A DNA stretch of 59,242 bases from Gemmatimonadales bacterium (GTDB lineage Bacteria; Gemmatimonadota; Gemmatimonadetes; Gemmatimonadales; GWC2-71-9). Location of the stretch: NCBI GenBank assembly GCA_036265635.1, contig DATAOR010000330.1, positions 1 through 59,242 on the forward strand. The letters are read 5' to 3'. Positions 1 to 9,407 of the stretch are shown here, piece after piece. The position numbers and the translations under genes were made by a program. The stretch's first letter is position 1; each line of letters starts with the position of its first letter. Under the pieces are notes generated by a model, which saw nothing but the letters and a program-made list of their open reading frames with translations, searched no databases and was not told where the DNA came from.

Positions 1-122
1 TCGGAATCGGGAAACCGGCCGATCAGGTCGTCGGCGTCGGCCGGGTTCCGGTTGTCGAAGTAGGCGCCATGCTGCGGCGCCACCCACTCGCCGCCGATGA
101 AGTTGCGAAACGTCTTGGCCAT
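1..122 (-). CDS. Aldehyde dehydrogenase family protein. Only the first 40 codons are present because the gene runs off the left edge.
   Basis: I translated the reverse strand from the ATG at 122-120 and obtained MAKTFRNFIGGEWVAPQHGAYFDNRNPADADDLIGRFPDS. This matches the typical ALDH-superfamily N-terminus (F-N-x-I-G-G-E-W-V ... N-P-A). It is too short to appear in the ORF track. Confidence 0.55.
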   Translation of the reverse strand, partial: MAKTFRNFIGGEWVAPQHGAYFDNRNPADADDLIGRFPDS

Positions 123-189
123 AATATCCCGTGCGAAAGTGTTCGGCCGAACAGGGCGATAGAGCTGGGCGGCGGGGGCGCCGCTGGTG

Positions 190-971
190 TCAGGGTTGCG
201 GCGCCGGCGTGCTCGAGCCGGCCGACGGCACTTCGGACGGCCTGGTCGTGGACTGCAGCTCCGTGCCGCTGCCGGGTTGGGCACTGCCGGACGGCGCAGT
301 GCCGGAAGGGGCACTGCCGGAGGGCAGACTGCCGGACGGCGCACCACCGGAAGGCACACCACCGGACGGCGCACCACCGGACGGCGCACCGCGGGACGGC
401 GCACTGCCGGACGGCGCACTGCCGGACGGCGTCCCGGTCGCGGGGGTCCCAGGCGACGGGCTGGATGGTGACGGCGCCGACGTCCCCTGCCCCGAGGTCA
501 CCCCCGCCGCGGGCGAGGCGACGCAGGTCCAGGTGCGATCGAGCTTGGCGTACCCGGTCCGCGGCAGGATCTCCCGCGTCGCCGCCACGCCGGCCCAGAG
601 CAGCGTCAGCAGCGCCACCACGTGGGCGAAGCCGCGACGGTGCGACCAGCTCGCCAGCGCCGCCAGCACCCCGACGACCACGGTGAGCCCGGCAGCGCCA
701 AGGTAAAAGAACAGCTGCAGCCCGCACTCGCGCCGATACGGCCAGATGCCCAGAGCCACCGCGAGCGCCACGGCCAGGACTACCCAGAACCAGGTCAGCG
801 CCACCGAGCGCCGGCGGACCGGCGAGGCCCCGGCCGCCGGGAGGACCCGACCAACCGGCGCGGCGGGCGCGGGCGCGGCGGGCGCGGGCGCACCGGGCGG
901 CACGCTCCCCTGCTTGGCGATCGCCCGATCGATGTCGGCCATCTCGCGGTCCCAATCCCTTGGCTGCTCGC

Positions 972-975
<4 letters not shown>
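190..975 (-). CDS. Membrane protein with three predicted TM helices and a C-terminal Ala/Pro/Ser/Gly pentapeptide-repeat tail. Function unknown.
   Basis: This is the C-terminal 261 codons of ORF 190..1266. The start MSEQPRDWD at 975 overlaps the stop of the upstream regulator as ATGA. Hydrophobic stretches are VALTWFWVVLAVALAVALGIW, LQLFFYLGAAGLTVVVGVLAALA and VVALLTLLWAGVAA. The tail reads GAPSGGAPSGGVPSGGAPSGSLPSGSAPSGTAPSG. Confidence 0.6.
281..430. repeat. Tandem 15-bp repeat of about 10 units with consensus gcactgccggacggc. It encodes xPSGx pentapeptides on the minus strand.
   Basis: Read directly from the sequence: gcactgccggacggc / gcagtgccggaaggg / gcactgccggagggc / agactgccggacggc / gcaccaccggaaggc / acaccaccggacggc / gcaccaccggacggc / gcaccgcgggacggc / gcactgccggacggc / gcactgccggacggc. 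Confidence 0.85.
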
Positions 976-2317
<1,342 letters not shown>

Positions 2318-2321
<4 letters not shown>

Positions 2322-2986
2322 GTCCGGGGGGCTCCATAGAGAATGGCCGAGCCGGGCCGGATCTTGACCGCCCGGATGCCTGGCGGGACCGACCACGGCA
2401 CCGTCGGGCGGGCCGCCGTACCCAATGCCCGCCCGACCAATCGCTCGAAGGCGGCCGCGGGAACCGGCACCTCCCGGATCCGGCATGACCGCACCACCCA
2501 CTCGCCGGCGCCGGGGCCGGTGACCCGGAGGGGCCCGCGGGCTTCGACCGGCTCCCGCGACTGCACGGCTCCTGCCAGCGGTCCGAGCACGTCCCGCGGC
2601 AGGCGGTCCGTCCGGAGCCGGGCCTGCACCGACACCTCGCCGTCGAGCAGCTCGACCTCGAGCGAGTCGAGCTCCCGGCGGAACGCCGGGGCCAGTCCCT
2701 GCCCCATCAACGAGGCCACCTCGGCCGGCGTGAGGACGACCGAGTCGGCCCGCCAGCCGTTCAGCGAATCGATCTTGGCCGTGGCGCTGGCCAGGGACCT
2801 GGCCCCTGGTCGCCCGCGAGCCGACGCCGAGGAACCGGTGGCGCGGCTTGGTTGGTGGGCGACCCGCTGGATCAGTGCCCGACCTTCGGGGATCAACCGG
2901 TCGCGGTACAACCAACCCAGCGCGAGCAGCGCGAGCAGTCCGAGGCAGCCGATCAGCTTGAACGGCGCCGTGAGGCAGCCCATCAC
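2318..2986 (-). CDS. Hypothetical protein with an N-terminal membrane anchor.
   Basis: ORF 2318..2986 has the N-terminal TM segment LIGCLGLLALLALGWLY followed by a soluble domain. Its stop overlaps the regulator start as ATGA. Its start overlaps the thpR stop, either as GTGA or as TGATG. I recognise no family motif. Confidence 0.55.
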
Positions 2987-3534
2987 GGGCCCAGCTCCAG
3001 CGTCAGCTTGGGCTCGTAGCGCGGGCCCTGGGTGGTGAGGACACTCTCGTACAGGACCAGCTGGGTGGCAAGAAAGTGCGACCGCTGATAGGCCCCGCCG
3101 AACTCGTCCAGCCCGGCCGGCAGCCGGTGGCCTTCCCGCACCCGACCGAGCGTCACATGCGGACGAAACGCCGTGCCTTCGACGGGGAAGCCGATGTCCT
3201 CGCCGCCCCGCTCGAGGCGGTCGTGCAGCAGCTCCAGCGCCGGCGGCGCGTCCACGCCCAGCCAGAGCACCCGCGGCCGGGCCAGCGAGGGGAACGCGCC
3301 CAGGTCGGCCAGTCGCAGGGGCAGCGCGGGCGTGTCGACCCCGGCGAACCGGACGGCCTCCGCGATCACCTCGAGCCGCTCCGGGACCACCTCGCCGAAG
3401 AACTTGAGGGTGAGGTGGACGCCCTCGTCGTGAACCCAGCGCACCGGCCAGGGGCTCGCCCGCAGCCGGCCGAGCAAAGCGACCACCTCCTGCCGCGCGT
3501 CATCGACCACCGGCAGGCCGACGAACAGTCGCAT
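2983..3534 (-). CDS. thpR: RNA 2',3'-cyclic phosphodiesterase (2H phosphoesterase, LigT/ThpR family).
   Basis: This is the C-terminal 183 codons of ORF 2983..4173, starting MRLFVGLPV. It carries the two H-x-T-x motifs of the 2H fold (HLTLKF and HVTLGR). The size is typical for the family. Confidence 0.85.
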   Translation of the reverse strand: MRLFVGLPVVDDARQEVVALLGRLRASPWPVRWVHDEGVHLTLKFFGEVVPERLEVIAEAVRFAGVDTPALPLRLADLGAFPSLARPRVLWLGVDAPPALELLHDRLERGGEDIGFPVEGTAFRPHVTLGRVREGHRLPAGLDEFGGAYQRSHFLATQLVLYESVLTTQGPRYEPKLTLELGP

Positions 3535-4343
3535 CAGGCAGGCACGGACGGCGCCAGGGGCAGCAGGCCGCCGCGCCGATACCCGGCCGGGTCCAGCTCC
3601 ACCCGGTCCAGCCCCAGCGCCGCGAACTCGGCCCGGACGACGGCCCAGGCCGCCCGGACGCGGTCCATCTCGACGGCCAGCACTTCGATCCGGACCCGGT
3701 CGCCGTGGTGTCGGACGCGGAGGTCGCCGGTCACGCCCAGGTCGCGGAGGATGGCTTCGGCCCGTTCGATCTGGCGCAAACGTGCCGGAGTGATCTCCAA
3801 CCCGTAGGCTACCCGGCTCGAGAGGCAAGGCGCCGCCGGCGCGTTCCAGGCAGCCAGACCGAGCGTCCGGGACACCTCCCGCACCTTGGCCTTGGTCCAG
3901 CCCAGCTCCGCCAGCGGCGACCTGACGCCCTGCTCCGCGGCGGCGCGGAGACCCGGCCGGTGCTCGCGCAGGTCGTCGGCATTGGTCCCGTCGATGACGA
4001 CGGACAATCCCCGCTCGCGGGCGATCCGACCGAGGGTGGACCACAGCTCGGTCTTGCAGAAGTAGCAGCGGTTGGTGGGATTGGCCGTGTAACGGGGATC
4101 GGCCAGCTCCGCAGTGTCGACTTCGAGCAACGGAATGTCGCGTTGCCGAGCCAGGTCGACGGCCGCCCGCCACTGAGCTTCGGGATACGACGGGCTACGG
4201 CCGATGACGGCCAGCAGATCATCCGGGCCGAGCACGCGCCGGGCGGCTACCGCGACCAGGGCGCTGTCGACACCGCCGGAATAACCGAGAAGTACGCGCC
4301 CGTAGCCGAGCAGCTGTCGCTCGAGCGCGTCGAGGTCGGACAT
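3534..4343 (-). CDS. PP-loop ATP-pyrophosphatase, LarE-like sacrificial sulfur transferase family (TIGR00268-like).
   Basis: The SGGVDS PP-loop is present. HRPGLRA, APCLSSRVAYG (conserved Cys) and LRVRHHGDRVRIE match LarE landmarks as I remember them. I took the start at MSDLDAL (4343), but the ORF could extend to 4373. Confidence 0.8.
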   Translation of the reverse strand: MSDLDALERQLLGYGRVLLGYSGGVDSALVAVAARRVLGPDDLLAVIGRSPSYPEAQWRAAVDLARQRDIPLLEVDTAELADPRYTANPTNRCYFCKTELWSTLGRIARERGLSVVIDGTNADDLREHRPGLRAAAEQGVRSPLAELGWTKAKVREVSRTLGLAAWNAPAAPCLSSRVAYGLEITPARLRQIERAEAILRDLGVTGDLRVRHHGDRVRIEVLAVEMDRVRAAWAVVRAEFAALGLDRVELDPAGYRRGGLLPLAPSVPA

Positions 4344-4405
4344 GGGCAGTAACGTAATGCCGTCCGCCACCACAAGTGAGAGGCCGCACGCCGTTACCTT
4401 GGAGC

Positions 4406-4843
4406 ATGGACGACGACGGCTTTCTGACCGTGACGCCCTCGCTCCGGTTGCCGCTGGCCGAGCTGGAGTTCCGCGCGTCCCGCGCGGGCGGACCGGGCGG
4501 CCAGCACGTCAACACCTCATCGACCCGGGTAGAGGTGGTGTGGGATGTGGCCCGTTCCCCGGCACTGACCGAGGCCCAGCGGACCCGGCTCCTGGCCCGG
4601 CTGAGCACGCGGCTCGACCGCACGGGACGTCTGCGACTGGTGGCCGCCACCACCCGAAGCCAGTGGCGCAATCGCGAAGAGGTGGTGGCGCGGCTCCGGG
4701 ACGTGGTGGCCGCGGCGCTGGCGGTGCCCAAGCCCCGGAAGCGGACCAAGCCATCCCGGGCGGCCAAGGCCGCCCGCCTGGAGGACAAGCGCCGGCGCTC
4801 GGTTCGGAAGGCGGAGCGGCGGCGGCCACCGCGCGACGACTAG
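4406..4843 (+). CDS. arfB: Alternative ribosome-rescue factor ArfB (peptidyl-tRNA hydrolase, YaeJ family).
   Basis: The GGQ motif occurs in the context GGPGGQHVNTSSTRVE. The C-terminal tail is basic (KPRKRTKPSRAAKAARLEDKRRRSVRKAERRRPP). I chose the start MDDDGFL, but the ORF begins at 4376. Confidence 0.85.
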   Translation: MDDDGFLTVTPSLRLPLAELEFRASRAGGPGGQHVNTSSTRVEVVWDVARSPALTEAQRTRLLARLSTRLDRTGRLRLVAATTRSQWRNREEVVARLRDVVAAALAVPKPRKRTKPSRAAKAARLEDKRRRSVRKAERRRPPRDD

Positions 4844-4942
4844 GGCGTCCCCAAACCGACCCTTCGCTCCCCACGCGGGCGGTTGTGCCCGGCCGTCCTT
4901 CGTGCCATACTCCCACTGCCCCCAGGCACCGAACGTCCTTCG

Positions 4943-6481
4943 TCAGGCGGCGGCTCTCTTCCGATCCAGACTGCGATACTGAATTGCCTCGCTCACGTGG
5001 CCGGTGTCCAGGGCATCGGCCCCGTCGAGATCGGCGATCGTGCGCGCGATCTTGAGGATCCGGTGATAGGCTCGGGCTGAGAGCCCGAGCCGGAGAACCG
5101 CCTGGCGTAGCAGCTCCTCCACCGCGTCACCCACTCGGCAGAAGCGACGGAGGTGACGGGCGGCCATATGCGCGTTGGCCCGGACCCCGTCCTCTCCGGC
5201 GAACCGGGCGCGCTGGACGGCGCGAGCGCGTTCCACCCGTTCCCGAATGGCGGCGCTGCCCTCGTTGGCGGACCCGGCCACGAGGTCGGGGTAGAGCACC
5301 GCGGGGACCTCGAGGTGGATGTCGATTCGATCGAGCAGCGGGCCGGACACCCGGGAGCGATACCTTTCGACGTCGAGGTCGGAGCAGCGGCAGGCGTGGA
5401 GCGGGTCCCCGAAGTAGCCGCAGGCACAGGGGTTCATGGCGGCGGCGAGCATGAAACGTGCAGGAAAAGTCAGGTTCACGGCGGCCCGGCTGAGGGTGAC
5501 CACCCCGTCTTCCAACGGCTGCCGCAGCACCTCGAGCACGTTCCGCCGGAACTCGGGCAGTTCGTCTAGAAACAGGACGCCTCCATGGGCCAGGCTGACT
5601 TCGCCGGGCCGGGGAACTGACCCGCCGCCGACAAGGCCGGCCTCGCTGATGGTGTGGTGGGGCGCCCGGAACGGTCGCAGGACGCAAAGGGACCGGCTGC
5701 GGTCCAGGATGCCGGCGACGCTGTGGATCTTGGTGGTTTCCAGGGCCTCGTCCAGCGTCAGGGTGGGAAGAATGGTGGGGAGCCGGCGGGCCAGCATGGT
5801 CTTGCCGGCGCCGGGCGGGCCGATGAGCAGGACGTTGTGGGCCCCGGCGGCGGCGACTTCGAGGGCCCGTTTGGCGGCCCCCTGCCCTCGAACGTCGGCG
5901 AAATCGGCCGGGTCCTGGCGCCGCTCAGCCATCAGGGCGGACAGGTCGACCGCAGCCGGCGGCAGGTCCGCGGAGCCGGCCAGGTACCCGCAGACCTCAG
6001 CCAGGGTCCGGGCGCCGCGGACGGCCAGCCCTTCGACCACCGCGGCCTCCGGCACGTTGTCTGCCGGAAGCAGGAGGGCCTGGCAGCCCCCGGCCTTGGC
6101 CGCGACGGCCATGGACAGGGCCCCCCGGACTGGTCGGAGGTCGCCCTCCAGGCCGACCTCGCCGACCACCAGGTGGGACGCCAGCGCCTGATCGGGCAGC
6201 TGACCGCTGGCGACGAGGACGCCGAGGGCGATGGGCAGGTCCAGTCCCGACCCGGTCTTCTGGACGTCGGCCGGGGCGAGGTTGACGGTGATGCGGCGGA
6301 GGGGAAAGGTGAAGCCGGCATTGGCCAGCGCCGCCCCGATCCGCTCCCGGCCCTCCCGCACGGCCCCGTGGGGCAGGCCGACGGTCGCAAAGGACGGCAG
6401 CCCGCTGCTGATATCGACCTCCACATCGACCGGGTACGCGTCGATGCCGAGCACGGCGGCGGAACGGATACGGGCAAGCAT
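4943..6481 (-). CDS. yifB: YifB/ComM family Mg-chelatase-like AAA+ ATPase.
   Basis: The start MLARIRSAAVLGIDAYPVDVEVD is the typical family N-terminus. A Lon-protease-like domain is followed by an AAA+ core (LLIGPPGAGKTM, VLFLDELPEF). Confidence 0.9.
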   Translation of the reverse strand: MLARIRSAAVLGIDAYPVDVEVDISSGLPSFATVGLPHGAVREGRERIGAALANAGFTFPLRRITVNLAPADVQKTGSGLDLPIALGVLVASGQLPDQALASHLVVGEVGLEGDLRPVRGALSMAVAAKAGGCQALLLPADNVPEAAVVEGLAVRGARTLAEVCGYLAGSADLPPAAVDLSALMAERRQDPADFADVRGQGAAKRALEVAAAGAHNVLLIGPPGAGKTMLARRLPTILPTLTLDEALETTKIHSVAGILDRSRSLCVLRPFRAPHHTISEAGLVGGGSVPRPGEVSLAHGGVLFLDELPEFRRNVLEVLRQPLEDGVVTLSRAAVNLTFPARFMLAAAMNPCACGYFGDPLHACRCSDLDVERYRSRVSGPLLDRIDIHLEVPAVLYPDLVAGSANEGSAAIRERVERARAVQRARFAGEDGVRANAHMAARHLRRFCRVGDAVEELLRQAVLRLGLSARAYHRILKIARTIADLDGADALDTGHVSEAIQYRSLDRKRAAA

Positions 6482-6624
6482 GACGGGCGCCTGAGAAGGT
6501 GGCGCCCACGGTACAGCCCCACTGGGGCGGCGCGCGGCACCGGCCAACGCCGCCGGGTTCACCGATACGCGTGAGGGCCACCTCCGGCCCCACCCCAGGC
6601 CTCGGATCTTACTGGAGTCGCTCG

Positions 6625-7080
6625 ATGCGTCGTGTCATCACCGGACTGCTGCTCTTCTCGTCGGCCAGCGCGTGCGCCCTGCCCAAGGCGGCAGGCGCCC
6701 CGCTGGCGCCGGTCGAGCGCGCCTGGGAGGTGCCGACGCTGGAGCTGTACTCCGAGTGGTGGCGGAAGACCGAAGAGTGCTCGGGCCGGACGGCCGACAT
6801 GAGCCAGGTGACCTTCTTCGCGGTGGATGCACCCAACGGCGCCATCGGGCTCAACGGGACCATGGCCCACGGCTGGTGGGTCCGCCAGGGCAATCGGATC
6901 TATCTGCCGGCCAACGCCCTCGGCGAGGAATGGCTGGTCCGGCACGAGATGCTCCACGCGCTGCTCCAGCGGGGCTCGCATCCCGCCAGGCAGTTCGTGG
7001 ACTCGTGTCACCTGGCCTCGATCGAAGTGTGGCGTGATTCCACGCTGCGAGCCGATCCGGTCAACCCCCAGGGGCGCTGA
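6625..7080 (+). CDS. Putative lipoprotein with an HExxH motif (possible small zinc metallopeptidase-like protein).
   Basis: The start MRRVITGLLLFSSASAC has a lipobox-like SASAC and is preceded by GGAG at 6614-6617. The HEMLH motif occurs in LVRHEMLHALLQRGSHP. It lies within the longer ORF 6499..7080. Confidence 0.6.
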   Translation: MRRVITGLLLFSSASACALPKAAGAPLAPVERAWEVPTLELYSEWWRKTEECSGRTADMSQVTFFAVDAPNGAIGLNGTMAHGWWVRQGNRIYLPANALGEEWLVRHEMLHALLQRGSHPARQFVDSCHLASIEVWRDSTLRADPVNPQGR

Positions 7081-7092
7081 GCCTCCGCGGTC

Positions 7093-8634
7093 TCACCAAC
7101 GGCAGCGGTTCGGCCCCTCCGGCTGGATCACCCGAAAGTCCAGCAGCCGCATCGCCCAGCTCCTCGCCGGCGTCCGCCAGACCGGGTCCTCGACGATGTC
7201 AGGCGTCCGGTAGACCTCTCCGGCATACACGAATTCCAGCGGCACCCGCCGCCCCTCCGCCGTCCACTGGTAAATCCATTTCCGGAATTCCACCACCGGC
7301 AGCTCCATCCCCGCGAGATGCTGGCCCCGATAGGACGGCGGCACCAGCCGGTCGTCGAACCGGGTGAAGTGCACAGCGTCCTCCTGATAGTCCCAGCGCT
7401 TGAGCCGATTGTCCGCCAGGATGAGATGGTTGGATGTCGCCCCCTCCGTCCGCAGGTTGCTGAACATCGTGAAGTTGCCCGCCGTCCGCAGTCCCACGTA
7501 CCCGGTCAGGCCGAGCAATCCGAGACACACCGGTCCGGCAAACAGCCAGGCCGGCGCCGCCCCGCGCCGGATCGGCACCCCGGGCCAGAGCGCCTCCGGC
7601 GTCCGGGCCGCGAGCGTGCGCAGCACCGGCCACAGCATCACCAGAGTGCCGAGGTTGAAGCACACCGCCGCCGGAATCCTGGCGCCGAGGCCCGACAGAA
7701 TGCCGGCCAGGATGGCCAGGCCGAGGTATACCGCCGGGCGGGCGACCCGGCGCCGGGTGCCCGGGACCGCCATCGGCGCGGCCATCAGCGCCATGAAGCG
7801 ATCCGGCACGAAGGTGGACAGCAGGGCAAAGGCGAGCGCGCCGAAGTGGACGAAGCCGATGAACGAGAGGCTGGCGTGCATCGTCCACGAGAAGGCCAGC
7901 AGCGGGGCCTGCAGCCGAGGCACCGCCAGCAGGAGGCCGCCGCCAAGCTCCCAGGCGATCACCACGCAGGCCATGATCGGCACCAGCGCCGCGCCCACCT
8001 GACGGCCCACCCCCACGCCGACCAGCGACACCAGGCCGGCCATCGCCGCCACCAACCCCGCTCGCCAGGCCTGCCCGGGTCTGGCAGAAGACCCCCGGCC
8101 GCGACGGTTTTCCAGCAAGGCCATGGCAGCCAGCGCGATCGCGACGGCCACCGGCACGGCCAGCGGAACGCCGGCTACCCGCCGCTCGGCCAACCGGGTG
8201 AGATCGTCCACCATGCTCCCGACGCACGATACCCCGGGGTCGAGGAAATCGCGGTTGAGCTTGGCGAACCCGGCCAGGGCGTAGACCAGCATCAGCGTAA
8301 CCTGGAGCACCGGGCGGACCAGATCGAAGGCGTCGTCGTCCGAGCCGAACTGGTCCTGATGGCGGAGGGTGAACCCGATGGCGGCGAGCAGAACCAGGTT
8401 GCAGACCAGCTCGACATTCACGTGGTTGGCGACGTCGGGAAACTCGGTGAGCAGCGGTTGAATCGTGGCGAGCAGCAGGAGCGGCGCCAGCGATCGGCGG
8501 CTGAAGCCCCGCGTCGCCGCGGCCAGGCCCAGCAGGAGAAACATCGCGGTGAACCACGGGTGGCGCCATTTCTCGGCCGGCTCGAGAAACAGGGCGACGA
8601 AGTAGAGGGTCGCGAAGGTCGCGAAGCGAGTCAT
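7093..8634 (-). CDS. Polytopic membrane protein with about 10 or more TM segments and a soluble C-terminal domain of about 110 aa. The family is uncertain (HTTM/VKGC-like is only a guess).
   Basis: The start MTRFATFATLYFVALF lies inside ORF 7093..8784. The core is long and hydrophobic. The C-terminal part reads GNFTMFSNLRTEGATSNHLIL ... VEFRKWIYQWTAEGRRV. Confidence 0.7.
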   Translation of the reverse strand: MTRFATFATLYFVALFLEPAEKWRHPWFTAMFLLLGLAAATRGFSRRSLAPLLLLATIQPLLTEFPDVANHVNVELVCNLVLLAAIGFTLRHQDQFGSDDDAFDLVRPVLQVTLMLVYALAGFAKLNRDFLDPGVSCVGSMVDDLTRLAERRVAGVPLAVPVAVAIALAAMALLENRRGRGSSARPGQAWRAGLVAAMAGLVSLVGVGVGRQVGAALVPIMACVVIAWELGGGLLLAVPRLQAPLLAFSWTMHASLSFIGFVHFGALAFALLSTFVPDRFMALMAAPMAVPGTRRRVARPAVYLGLAILAGILSGLGARIPAAVCFNLGTLVMLWPVLRTLAARTPEALWPGVPIRRGAAPAWLFAGPVCLGLLGLTGYVGLRTAGNFTMFSNLRTEGATSNHLILADNRLKRWDYQEDAVHFTRFDDRLVPPSYRGQHLAGMELPVVEFRKWIYQWTAEGRRVPLEFVYAGEVYRTPDIVEDPVWRTPARSWAMRLLDFRVIQPEGPNRCRW

Positions 8635-8719
8635 GGGCGGCCCAGTCCGAGCAGGGATGGTGGGCGAAAGGCAAGAGCTATGCCGACCGAGCGGACCGAG
8701 AGGGCAGATCGAGGCGGCT

Positions 8720-9240
8720 TCAACCCGCTTCAACCCGCTGCGACCGTGCCGGATTCTGATTAACTTCATCCGCAACGCCATCAAGTTGACCGAGTGGGGC
8801 GAGGTCGCTGTCGCGGTGGCCGGGGCGCCGGCGCGATTCGGCCTGCACGGTCAGGCTCGGCTCGCGGGACTCACGGATCGGATCGCTCCAGCGCAACGAT
8901 CGCACCTCCTCCAGCATCTCACGCGAGCGGATTGCTCCACTACGCGGACGCACCGTAGCGGATGAACCGTAGCGGTGACCTGCCGATGCTTTACGCCGTG
9001 GGGGGCTTTGCGCAGTGGGGGGGGCCGGTCCGAGTCGGCGGAGGAATGGCTTGCCATCGTCCCGGCAGCGGTCCCGCCGGCAGGGTCAGGCCATCGGGCG
9101 CTCCTGGCCGACAACTGGTGAATCAGGCGCGAGGCCGCTCCGGGCCGGATGCCCGTTGTTCCCGTGACCGCCAGCGCCATGCAGGGCGACTACGTGCTGC
9201 CGGGCCGCCGGGATCGACGGCTGCGGCAGCAAACCGGTAA
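8720..9240 (+). pseudogene. Decayed 3' relic of a hybrid sensor histidine kinase. It retains an HATPase_c remnant and a collapsed receiver remnant.
   Basis: Three segments in one reading frame are separated by in-frame stops. The first is RILINFIRNAIKLTEWGEVAVAV (N-box) ... LTRADCSTTRTHRSG* (compare F-x-QAD-x-STTR-x-GG). The second is GGGRSESAEEWLAIVP ... HRALLADNW* (compare RVLLAEDN). The third is MPVVPVTASAMQGDYVLPGRRDRRLRQQTGKP* (compare IPIIALTA-x-AM-x-GD ... KP). There is no HisKA part, and the receiver is shortened by about 70 codons. Confidence 0.55.
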
Positions 9241-9407
9241 GCCGTGACAGCTTACGCGACATCCTGACGGGCTGGCCTCCCTGCTGGGGAGCTCAGGTCC
9301 GGCCCTCATTTTGCAGCCGGTTCCACCAGAGGCACACGTTCCGCAGTCTCCTCTCCGCAGCCGCCGCATCCGGCGGACCCTTTCGCATTGTGCGGGAGCT
9401 CTGGGCC

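Noticed and set aside
281-430. I asked whether the 15-bp tandem array could be a CRISPR or other spacer-containing array.
   Set aside because: The units are contiguous with no spacers and only 15 bp long. They are in frame within a coding sequence. This is a coding tandem repeat, not a CRISPR array.
2983-4173. N-terminally extended versions of real genes as given in the ORF track. Examples are 2983..4173, 4943..6562, 7093..8784, 11000..15199, 14183..15694, 18039..19394, 48391..49524 and 54550..56346.
   Set aside because: The extensions are low-complexity and overlap the upstream gene. They also ignore internal starts that sit in ATGA/GTGA overlaps or behind SD sequences. I trimmed these ORFs to the start where the family-conserved N-terminus begins.
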